NCBI GenBank assembly: GCA_003555075.1
Contig: PWHW01000004.1
Span: 1-61,264 of the forward strand
From: Candidatus Nealsonbacteria bacterium
GTDB lineage: Bacteria; Patescibacteriota; Minisyncoccia; Minisyncoccales; PWPS01
Reading direction: 5' to 3'
Length of the DNA stretch: 61,264 nt
Part shown: piece by piece, positions 36,096-44,135 of the stretch
How positions within the stretch are numbered: the stretch's first letter is position 1
Layout of the letters: the number at the start of each line of letters is the position of its first letter
The notes under the pieces: generated by a model
What the model saw: the letters and a program-made list of their open reading frames with translations, nothing else
Databases searched by the model: none
What the model was told of the DNA's origin: nothing
Translations under genes and position numbers: made by a program

Positions 36096-36893
36096 TTGAA
36101 AATCTTTACAGGGGTCCTTGTTCCTATGCTTATACTTGTTCTTTTCTTTGGTGCTTTAAAAATACAGGAAGAGAATGGGAGTATTGTGATCAAGGAAGAA
36201 GCGACGAAAGATAGTAAAACGGAAGGTGAGACTCTAGTATCTGAAAGTGAGGAGGTAGAGGAAGAATGTGTAAAAGAAATTTGTCAGGCGGATAAGGAGA
36301 GTGTGAAAGAAAAAGAAAACACAAAGAGAGATCCGGAAGAGAACATCGTTCTTTATGCTCAAGAGATATTAAAAGAAGAAGGTTATCTTCCCGGGCCTTT
36401 GGATGGTATATATGGTCCGAAAACAAGAGCTTCTTTGTTTGCTTTCCAGAAAGTGCAAGGCCTTGGGGTTACGGGAGAAATGAACGCTGACACCAAAGAA
36501 GCGTTAGGGGATCCCAAAAAACCTGAACCGAAGCATGTGATAAAAGGAACCTATTTGGAAGTTGATATTGATAAGCAACTTGCATATTTGGTAAGGAGCG
36601 GCGAGGTGAAAAATATTTTACATGTTTCCACGGGAAGAAAAGGTTTTACTCCTCATGGAACCTATGAGATTTACGCTAAGGAGCTTAAAGGTTGGCGAAA
36701 TGCTATAAACAGGGAAGGAAAGGTGATAGGGCAGTTATATAATCCTATCAAATTCTACGGACCCTATTATGTTCACGGCTCGGACTATATTCCTTTGTAT
36801 CCTGCCAGCGCAGGATGCGTAAGAACAATGCCCCATCACACCGATCATCTTCATGATCTCTTAGAAGTGGGGGATAAAGTGATAATCTACTAA
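36096..36893 (+). CDS. L,D-transpeptidase (YkuD family) with a peptidoglycan-binding domain
   Basis: LDGIYGPKTR..L.AFQ; VSTGRKGFTP.G; VHGS...ASAGCVR. Confidence 0.88.
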   Translation: MKIFTGVLVPMLILVLFFGALKIQEENGSIVIKEEATKDSKTEGETLVSESEEVEEECVKEICQADKESVKEKENTKRDPEENIVLYAQEILKEEGYLPGPLDGIYGPKTRASLFAFQKVQGLGVTGEMNADTKEALGDPKKPEPKHVIKGTYLEVDIDKQLAYLVRSGEVKNILHVSTGRKGFTPHGTYEIYAKELKGWRNAINREGKVIGQLYNPIKFYGPYYVHGSDYIPLYPASAGCVRTMPHHTDHLHDLLEVGDKVIIY

Positions 36894-36962
36894 AGAGGGG
36901 ATTGCGTCATACCCCTCTTTTTTATATGGTTTTAGAAGATACTCGTTCAGGATATAAGTTTT

Positions 36963-37739
36963 ATGGAAAAAAAGTTCAAGGAAAAGGACACAATAGTTCT
37001 CTTTGACGAGAAGAGGGGTAAGTATCTTTTGCTGACCTTGAAAAGTGGGCTTGTATTTCATACTCATGCAGGATCGGTAAATCACAATGATCTTATAGGG
37101 AAAAAAGAAGGGGAAGAGATACCAACCAGCACAGGAAAGAAGTTGTTGCTTTTCAAGCCTCGCGCCTGTGATCATATGGTAAAAGTCAAAAGAGAGACAC
37201 AAATAGTTTATCCGAAAGACGCGGGATGGATGTTGCTTTTCATGGATATTTTCCCGGGAGCACAAGTAATTGAAATGGGCATTGGATCAGGAGCTTTTAC
37301 TATTGCCATGGCTCAAGCGGTAGGAGAAGAGGGAGCAGTATATTCCTTTGAAAAGAGAAAGGATTTTCTGGAGAATGCTTTGAAGAATGTAAGGCGTGCC
37401 GGGTTGGAGAGCAGAGTAAAAGGAGATATACTTGAGGCGGGAAAAAGCTTCCTGATAAAAAATGTTGATGCCGTGTTCTTGGATCTTCCCGAGCCCTGGA
37501 GTGCTATTCCTGCGGCATATGATGCCCTTAAACCGGGAGGGGTGTTGGGAATAATAATACCTAGCGTGGAACAACTCAAAAATTCGGTGTCCAGTATGAA
37601 AGAAAACAATTTCTCTTTCATAGAACCTGTGGAGATTCTTAAAAGAGGAATGCTCGTACGACAAAAAGAAGGGGTACGTCCTTCAGAGAGAATGGTTGGT
37701 TTTACCGGTTACCTTATCACGGGAAGAAAGAAAATATGA
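36963..37739 (+). CDS. trmI: tRNA (adenine-58-N1)-methyltransferase
   Basis: FHTHAG, TQIVYPKD, EMGIGSGA, VFLDLPEPW, RPSERMVGFTGYL. Confidence 0.88.
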   Translation: MEKKFKEKDTIVLFDEKRGKYLLLTLKSGLVFHTHAGSVNHNDLIGKKEGEEIPTSTGKKLLLFKPRACDHMVKVKRETQIVYPKDAGWMLLFMDIFPGAQVIEMGIGSGAFTIAMAQAVGEEGAVYSFEKRKDFLENALKNVRRAGLESRVKGDILEAGKSFLIKNVDAVFLDLPEPWSAIPAAYDALKPGGVLGIIIPSVEQLKNSVSSMKENNFSFIEPVEILKRGMLVRQKEGVRPSERMVGFTGYLITGRKKI

Positions 37740-38308
37740 AAGAAGTTAAATTAAAGGAAGCGGCCGAAGAACTTGCTTGTGGAAAAGTGGGAATTGTTCC
37801 CACTGATACTTTATATGGGATTTTGGGGGTTGCCCAAAGAAAGGATGTAGTAGAAAGAATATACAAAATAAAAAAGAGGGATCCTAGCAAACCTTTTATT
37901 GTTCTTATTGATAAGGTGGGCGAATTAAGTATCTTTGGGGTGGATATTGAAAGAGAGGGGGTGGATCCTTGGAAATATTGGCCGGGAAAGGTAAGTATTA
38001 TACTACCTTGCAAAGAGCAAAAATTCGATTATCTACATAGGGGAAAACGTAGTTTGGCCTTCAGGTGTCCAAAAGACAAGAATTTAAGGGAACTTATAAG
38101 TCAAACAGGTCCTGTGGTGGCTCCTAGTGCCAACTATGAAGGAGACCCTCCCTTAAAGAGCATGAGAGGGGTAAAGGAGTACTTTGAAGGAGAGGTGGAT
38201 TTTTATGTTGACGGAGGAGAGGTAAACTCAAGCCCTTCTACTCTTATTTCCGTAAAGAATGGGAAAGTAAGTGTAAAGAGGGAAGGAGAAGGATTAACGC
38301 GCTTGTGA
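37736..38308 (+). CDS. tsaC: Threonylcarbamoyl-AMP synthase (YrdC/Sua5)
   Basis: PTDTLYG, IYKIKKR..SKP, VAPSAN, STLI. Confidence 0.93.
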   Translation: MKEVKLKEAAEELACGKVGIVPTDTLYGILGVAQRKDVVERIYKIKKRDPSKPFIVLIDKVGELSIFGVDIEREGVDPWKYWPGKVSIILPCKEQKFDYLHRGKRSLAFRCPKDKNLRELISQTGPVVAPSANYEGDPPLKSMRGVKEYFEGEVDFYVDGGEVNSSPSTLISVKNGKVSVKREGEGLTRL

Positions 38309-38420
38309 AACTCCAACTCTTACCATACAGCTTTAAAAAGAGTGCTATTGACATATAAAACAATAAAAGGTATAGTAAAAAAACAATTTGCACTTTTAAA
38401 GAGAAAAAGGAGGAAGGAGT

Positions 38421-38903
38421 ATGAAAGAGAGTATTGAAAGATCCATTTTTTGGGTAGGCTTTGTGGCAGAGGAGAATTTATACAATGCTTTGGAGCAGAT
38501 CAAAGAATTTGCCAAAGAGGACAATAATGCTCCCATCAAGCTTTTTATCACTAGCTCGGGAGGGGCATTGGAGCCGGCAATAGCATTGTATGATTTTATC
38601 GTCATGACAGGCATTGAGCTACATACGATAGTAATAGGCGAAGCCGACTCAGCTGCTATTGTTCTTTTGGCTGCCGGGAAAAAGCGCTCAATGGGTCCCA
38701 ATTCCAGAATGGGACTTCACAAAGGAAAAGTGCTTGAAGGAGGCGAAGCTTTCGAAACAGAGAATGCAGAACGAGAAAGATATCTTCAGATACTCTCAAA
38801 AGCAAGCTCTACTTCTTTTGAGGAGTGGAAAGAGTTTTTAAAAGAAGAGAAAGAGGTGGATCCTCAGGAAGCTTTTCGTCTGGGGATCATAACAGAAGCT
38901 TAA
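38421..38903 (+). CDS. Divergent short ClpP-like protease
   Basis: IKLFITSSGG, ADSAA..LLAAG, R.MGPNSR.GLH, EAFRLGII. Confidence 0.75.
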   Translation: MKESIERSIFWVGFVAEENLYNALEQIKEFAKEDNNAPIKLFITSSGGALEPAIALYDFIVMTGIELHTIVIGEADSAAIVLLAAGKKRSMGPNSRMGLHKGKVLEGGEAFETENAERERYLQILSKASSTSFEEWKEFLKEEKEVDPQEAFRLGIITEA

Positions 38904-38994
38904 AGTCAAGGAAAACCCTTGACTTTTTTCTTTTTTTTGTTATAGTATAAACAGTTCTTTTGAAATCAAGATCATTCGAAAGGAGGTTAATCTC

Positions 38995-39345
38995 TTGGAA
39001 AAAGAGTGTCCAAGAGTAGAGGTTCTTATGTATTTGGATGGGGAGCTGGATGGCGAAGAAAAAGAAGACATCGAGAACCATCTCAAGGAATGTGAGACTT
39101 GCAAGGAGCATAAGGAATTTGCGGAAGCATTAAGTGTGATAATGCCCACTATTCTCGAGCCTCCAAAAGAGGATTGCCCTTCATCCCTCATCCTTTCCTT
39201 GTATGCCAACGAATGTCTTGATAAGGAAACCAAAAGAAACGTTGATGCTCATATTCTTTATTGTGATGAGTGCTTCAAGGAGCTGCTTGTTTTCGAGAAA
39301 ATAGAAGAAGAGCTTAGGTCCGAAGGGCGATTCAAAGAAGAGTAG
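38995..39345 (+). CDS. Soluble protein with two tandem zf-HC2 (ZAS anti-sigma) zinc fingers
   Basis: YLDGEL..EE..IENHLKECETC and LYAN..L..ET...VDAHILYCDEC. Confidence 0.8.
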   Translation: MEKECPRVEVLMYLDGELDGEEKEDIENHLKECETCKEHKEFAEALSVIMPTILEPPKEDCPSSLILSLYANECLDKETKRNVDAHILYCDECFKELLVFEKIEEELRSEGRFKEE

Positions 39346-39390
39346 GAGCGGCGGCGATCTTTTAAAATATTCAAGAAAGGGGGGTTTCTG

Positions 39391-39567
39391 TTGTTTATAA
39401 GAAGAAAAGAAACACGTAATTGTCCGAGATGTCACACGAAGTTCAATCCCAGAACTTCGTACGGATGTCCAAGCTGCGGGAGAACTTTTAACGCTCAAAA
39501 AAGATCGATCTGCATGGCTTGCAATGGTCCTATAAGTTATACAGGTCATTGTGGATGTTCCCGCTGA
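39391..39567 (+). CDS. Cys-rich 58-aa double zinc-ribbon microprotein (not in the ORF track)
   Basis: Manual translation after an AAAGGGGGG RBS: MFIRRKETRNCPRCHTKFNPRTSYGCPSCGRTFNAQKRSICMACNGPISYTGHCGCSR*. A terminator follows. Confidence 0.7.
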   Translation: MFIRRKETRNCPRCHTKFNPRTSYGCPSCGRTFNAQKRSICMACNGPISYTGHCGCSR

Positions 39568-39572
39568 CATTT

Positions 39573-39600
39573 AAAGAGCTCTTTTAAGAGCTCTTTTTTC
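39573..39600 (+). terminator. Intrinsic terminator
   Basis: AAAGAGCTCTT-tt-AAGAGCTCTTT followed by a T-run. Confidence 0.7.
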
Positions 39601-39753
39601 TTTTTCAGGGGAACAGTTAAACAAAAGACCCTCAAAGATAACTTCTTGTGGAAAACTTTCAAAAAGAAAATAGTTTCTTGAATGAAAAGAATTATTGTCT
39701 CAATCCTTTTTTGCGGGGTAAGCGAATCGTGTCTCGAGGCGGACATTGGAGGG

Positions 39754-39782
39754 TTGACTTTTTGTTTCCATTTTGTTAGTAT
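39754..39782 (+). promoter_or_regulatory. Promoter of small RNA 1
   Basis: TTGACT-N17-TAGTAT with a TG extended -10. Confidence 0.65.
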
Positions 39783-39788
39783 TCAAAC

Positions 39789-39857
39789 TAATGAGTGCGT
39801 GAGTAAAGTTAGCTCCAATCGGCAAAAGACCTCACTCGAGCGAGGTCTTTTGCTTTC
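39789..39857 (+). ncRNA. Putative small RNA 1 (about 68 nt)
   Basis: Lies between a promoter and a 12-bp terminator (GCAAAAGACCTC/GAGGTCTTTTGC, 39822-39853). Its 5' half is complementary to the loop of RNA 2. Ends are approximate. Confidence 0.55.
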
Positions 39858-39918
39858 TGAAAAATTTTTAATATACACTTACTGGTTTTGGAAAAAAGAT
39901 TGTTGATCCCAAGAGGTG

Positions 39919-39946
39919 TTGACAGCCATTTTTCCTTTGCTAGAAT
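39919..39946 (+). promoter_or_regulatory. Promoter of small RNA 2 / murB leader
   Basis: TTGACA-N16-TAGAAT with a TG extended -10. Confidence 0.7.
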
Positions 39947-39952
39947 AGCATC

Positions 39953-40003
39953 GGGTCGGAAGGCACGCACTCAAGATTGGAGTTAACGCTTCCGGCCCTT
40001 TTT
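39953..40003 (+). ncRNA. Putative small RNA 2 or murB attenuator hairpin
   Basis: GGGUCGGAAG/CUUCCGGCCC 10-bp stem, 26-nt loop, followed by UUUUU. Confidence 0.55.
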
Positions 40004-40042
40004 ATATATAATACAAATACAGATTGATCAATCCTTATATCC

Positions 40043-40981
40043 ATGATAAAAGAGGATTTTTTAAGAAGAGTAGAAGAGGATGTTTCTCTGAGAGAATATA
40101 ACACGATGCGTGTAGAATGTAGTGCAAAGTTTTTTGTAAGGGCGAGTAATGTGGAAGATGTAGTAAGGGCAGTGAAGTGCTCCCAAGAAAAAGGACTTCC
40201 TTTTTTGATCATGGGAAAAGGAAGTAATATCATTTTACCCTCTGCCTATGAGGGTTTTGTTATTTTCATGGACATGAAGGAGTTATCCTTGTTTGAGGAG
40301 GATATGTTAAAAGTTAATTCCGAGGCAGGAGTCTTTTTGCCCGCTATGGCAAAAGAAGTTACCGAGAAGGGGGCTCACGGAATGGAGTGGGCGGGAGGAG
40401 TTCCCGGAACGGTAGGGGGAGCGATAAGAGGGAATGCCGGAGCTTTCGATTGCTTTATATCGGATTTCCTAAAAGAAGTTACAGCTTTGAACATAGAAGA
40501 GGATTTCAAAAAGGAGGTCTTTAAGAAAGAAGAATGTTTTTTCGATTATAGAAACAGTTTCTTCAAGAGAAATAATAATTACATTATTCTTTCCGCAAGC
40601 ATGGAATTTCCTTTTAAGAAAGGAGTTGATGACAAGTTCAAGGAATACTTGAGATACAGGAGGGAAAATCATCCCTTGGAACCTTCCGCGGGAAGTATAT
40701 TTAAAAATCCTTCCGTAAAAGAAGAGTTCTATTTAAAGCATCCGGAAATGGAGAAATTCAGAGATCTTGGTTTTATTCCGGCAAGGGTGCTTATAGAAGA
40801 GTGCGGATTAAAAGGAGCTAACAGAGGAGGTGCGCAGATCTCGGAAAAGCATCCCAATTTTATAATAAATAAAAACGGAGCCAGAGGAGAGGATGTAAAA
40901 AAGCTTATAGAATTGGCAAAAGAAGAGGTAAAGAAGAAATTTTTCATAGAAATGAAAGAGGAAGTTACGATAGTAAAATGA
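40043..40981 (+). CDS. murB: UDP-N-acetylmuramate dehydrogenase
   Basis: GKGSNI, GVPGTVGGAIRGNAGA, YRNSFFK, PSAGSIFKNP, ISEKHPNFIIN. Confidence 0.95.
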   Translation: MIKEDFLRRVEEDVSLREYNTMRVECSAKFFVRASNVEDVVRAVKCSQEKGLPFLIMGKGSNIILPSAYEGFVIFMDMKELSLFEEDMLKVNSEAGVFLPAMAKEVTEKGAHGMEWAGGVPGTVGGAIRGNAGAFDCFISDFLKEVTALNIEEDFKKEVFKKEECFFDYRNSFFKRNNNYIILSASMEFPFKKGVDDKFKEYLRYRRENHPLEPSAGSIFKNPSVKEEFYLKHPEMEKFRDLGFIPARVLIEECGLKGANRGGAQISEKHPNFIINKNGARGEDVKKLIELAKEEVKKKFFIEMKEEVTIVK

Positions 40982-41049
40982 AGCTTTAAATAAACCATTA
41001 ATTTTGTTATAATAAAAAGCACTTATTAGTTTAATGATATTGAAAAAAT

Positions 41050-41442
41050 ATGGAGGTGATCATTAAATCTCGTAACATTGAGCTTACACCACACTTAAAA
41101 GATTATGCGGAAAAGAAACTTCGTTCTGCTTGCCGTTTTGTACCGAGTATCCTGGAAAAGGAAATGGAGGACAAAGAAGAGGTTGGGAAAGAAGTTGATA
41201 GAATAGTTCTTCAAGTGGAGATTGAGAAGGTCACCGGAGAGGAAAAGGGAAGAATATTCCGCACGGAGGCGCAAATGATTATTCCCGGAAGAACGATAAA
41301 AGCGGAGGATACCGCGGAGACCATTAAAGCTTCGGTGGATGAAGTGAAGTATGAGCTAGAGAGGCAAATAAAAGAACATAAGGACAAAATGGAGACAATG
41401 AAGAAAAAGGGAGGGCAAGAAGCGAAAAGAAAACGGGGATGA
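41050..41442 (+). CDS. hpf: Ribosome hibernation promoting factor (HPF/RaiA, short form)
   Basis: IKSRNIELTPHLKDYAEKKL...SVDEVKYELERQIKEHK. Confidence 0.88.
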   Translation: MEVIIKSRNIELTPHLKDYAEKKLRSACRFVPSILEKEMEDKEEVGKEVDRIVLQVEIEKVTGEEKGRIFRTEAQMIIPGRTIKAEDTAETIKASVDEVKYELERQIKEHKDKMETMKKKGGQEAKRKRG

Positions 41443-41584
41443 CCGCAACTTTTGTTTCCATTATCGATTTCAATTTGCCTAAGCCGGAAAGGACGGCAAG
41501 GTTGGAATGTTTGGGGTTTTTCCATTAAAGATGAAGGGCCTCAAGGAAGCAATGAGATTATTCAGGAATAAATGAAAAGTTATC

Positions 41585-44098
41585 GTGTCTTTTTTTCAGA
41601 AGATTTTCGGTGATCCGAATCAAAAATATATAAAATCTATAGAACCTCTTGTCTCGAAGATAAATGAGATCGAAGAGAGCACAAAAGAGCTTTCGGATGA
41701 AGAAATGAGGGAGAGGTCATTGAAGCTTCGTGAAAGGTCTCAAGAAGAATCGCCAGATGATCTTTTGCCGGAGGCTTATGCTTTGGTACGGGAGGCAGCA
41801 AAGAGAACTTTGGATCAGAGACATTATGATGTCCAGTTAATGGGAGGTATTGCGCTTCACCAAGGAAGAACTTCCGAAATGAAAACCGGAGAAGGGAAAA
41901 CTCTTGTAGCTACTTTACCTGCTTATCTGAACTCTCTTCCCGGAAAAGGGGTTCATGTGGTGACGGTGAACGATTATTTGGCAAGAAGGGATACAGTATG
42001 GATGGGGCAGATTTACCATTTCCTGGGTCTTTCGGTAGCCTGCATAAATGACAGGCAGTCCTTTATATATGATCCTGATTATAAGTCGGGCGAGGAGCAG
42101 AAAGATGATGCGCGAGACGCCTTGGGCTCTTTTTATGTAGAAGAGGACTTTTTAAGACCCTGTGAAAGGAAAGAAGCTTATGATGCCGATATCACTTATG
42201 GTACCAATAACCAGTTCGGATTTGACTATTTAAGAGACAATATGGCATTAAACCTCCATGACAGAGTTCAGCGAGGTTTCAATTATGCCATCATAGACGA
42301 GGTGGATTCCATATTAATAGATGAAGCAAGAACTCCTCTTATTATTTCGGTACCTGAAGAGGGTGAGGAATTTGAGGCAAAGAAGGGTATGTATAGGGAA
42401 TTTGCATCCCGTATTGTACCTCAACTCAATTCCGGGGAAGATTATGAGGTGCACGAAAAAGAGAAAGCCGTAACTCTTACCGATAAAGGAATAGAAAAAG
42501 TGGAGAAGCTTTTGGGAGTGGAGAACATATATGATGAAAGAGGAATGAACGCTGTGCACTATCTAGAGCAAACCTTGAAGGCACAAGCAAAACATCCGAA
42601 CACGGGAAAACCACTTTACGAGAGAGATGTGAATTATGTCGTGAAAGAAGGGGAGATTATAATAGTTGATGATTTCACAGGAAGGCTTATGCCCGGAAGA
42701 AGATGGTCTGGTGGTCTACACCAGGCAATCGAGGCAAAGGAGGGAGTGACCGTGAGACCCGAGTCAAATACGATGGCAAGCGTTACCTTTCAGAATCTTT
42801 TCAGAATGTATGAAAAAATATCCGGCATGACTGGTACAGCTACTACTTCCTCTGAAGAGCTTTTCAAAGTTTATGGAATGGAAGTGGTGGTCATCCCCAC
42901 GAATAAACCTCTTATCAGAAAATCGCTTCCCGATCTTGTGTACAAAACGGAAGATGCGAAATTCAGAGCGGTAGTAGAGGAGGTGAAAGGAAGAAGCGAG
43001 AAGGGGCAACCCGTGTTAATAGGGACTGTCTCCATTGAGAAAAATGAAGTTCTTTCCAAGATGCTTAAGCGTGCCGGAGTTCGTCATGAAGTGCTTAATG
43101 CCAAGAATCATGAAAAGGAAGCGGAAATTATTGCGCAAGCGGGAAGATTGGGGGCGGTAACAGTGGCAACCAACATGGCCGGAAGGGGAGTGGATATAGT
43201 TTTGGGAGGAAATCCTCCAGATAAAGAAGAGGCAAGAAAGGTCAGAGAGCTTGGAGGACTTTTTGTTTTGGGAACCGAAAGACATGAGGCGCGCAGAATA
43301 GATGACCAGCTTCGCGGAAGATGTGGAAGGCAAGGAGATCCCGGGGAAAGTCAATTCTTCGTATCACTGGAGGACGATCTTATGAGGATATTTGGAGCGG
43401 AAAGAGTCCAAGCTCTCATGGAGAGATTCAATCTTCCCGATGATGCTCCTATCGATATAGGATATGTCTCAGGTATAATAGAGTCAGCGCAAAAGAAGGT
43501 AGAAGGACATCATTTTGATGCGCGTAAACATATATTACAATATGACGAAGTTCTTTTTAAGCATCGTGAGAAATTCTATCAACTACGAGACGAGGTGCTA
43601 AAAAGAGCGGAAGTTAAAGAAAGAGAGTCGGAAGACGGCTTGCGCGCTTTCATTCTGGACATTTTGGAAAGACAAGGAAAAAGTAAAGAGGAGTATTACA
43701 AGAAAGAGGAAGAGCTTGAAGAGGAAGATCTATACAATATAGAAAGGATCGTGGTTCTTCGCACCATGGATTTTCTTTGGAAGGAGCACTTGACAATGAT
43801 GGATGAACTGAGAGAGGCTGTTCGTCTTCGTGCTTATGGGCAAAAGGACCCCCTCATGGAATACAAGAGAGAGGGGCATAAGGCATTCAAGGATCTTATG
43901 GCTACCATAGATGCGGAGATCGCCGATAGGATCTTGAGGGTGAAAAGCGCCAAGAGTACTTCAAGTGGGGTGCGGAGATTCGTTGTAACAAGGAATAAAG
44001 CCTCTTATGGAGGTAAAGAGCAATACAAGAATGTGGGAAGAAACGATTCTTGCCCTTGTGGAAGCGGGAAAAAGTATAAGAAATGCCATGGTGCGTAA
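41585..44098 (+). CDS. secA: Preprotein translocase ATPase SecA with a SEC-C motif
   Basis: EMKTGEGKT, VVTVNDYLA, IIDEVDSILIDEARTP, GRCGRQGDPG, GRNDSCPCGSGKKYKKCHG. Confidence 0.98.
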   Translation: MSFFQKIFGDPNQKYIKSIEPLVSKINEIEESTKELSDEEMRERSLKLRERSQEESPDDLLPEAYALVREAAKRTLDQRHYDVQLMGGIALHQGRTSEMKTGEGKTLVATLPAYLNSLPGKGVHVVTVNDYLARRDTVWMGQIYHFLGLSVACINDRQSFIYDPDYKSGEEQKDDARDALGSFYVEEDFLRPCERKEAYDADITYGTNNQFGFDYLRDNMALNLHDRVQRGFNYAIIDEVDSILIDEARTPLIISVPEEGEEFEAKKGMYREFASRIVPQLNSGEDYEVHEKEKAVTLTDKGIEKVEKLLGVENIYDERGMNAVHYLEQTLKAQAKHPNTGKPLYERDVNYVVKEGEIIIVDDFTGRLMPGRRWSGGLHQAIEAKEGVTVRPESNTMASVTFQNLFRMYEKISGMTGTATTSSEELFKVYGMEVVVIPTNKPLIRKSLPDLVYKTEDAKFRAVVEEVKGRSEKGQPVLIGTVSIEKNEVLSKMLKRAGVRHEVLNAKNHEKEAEIIAQAGRLGAVTVATNMAGRGVDIVLGGNPPDKEEARKVRELGGLFVLGTERHEARRIDDQLRGRCGRQGDPGESQFFVSLEDDLMRIFGAERVQALMERFNLPDDAPIDIGYVSGIIESAQKKVEGHHFDARKHILQYDEVLFKHREKFYQLRDEVLKRAEVKERESEDGLRAFILDILERQGKSKEEYYKKEEELEEEDLYNIERIVVLRTMDFLWKEHLTMMDELREAVRLRAYGQKDPLMEYKREGHKAFKDLMATIDAEIADRILRVKSAKSTSSGVRRFVVTRNKASYGGKEQYKNVGRNDSCPCGSGKKYKKCHGA

Positions 44099-44135
44099 AA
44101 GGCGATTTTTCTTGACAAAATAAGGATAAAGTGTC

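Noticed and set aside
39789-40003. tRNA, tmRNA, SRP RNA or raiA-motif RNA
   Set aside because: No cloverleaf, T-loop or CCA end, no tag ORF, no SRP domain-IV internal loops, and it is not adjacent to hpf/raiA.
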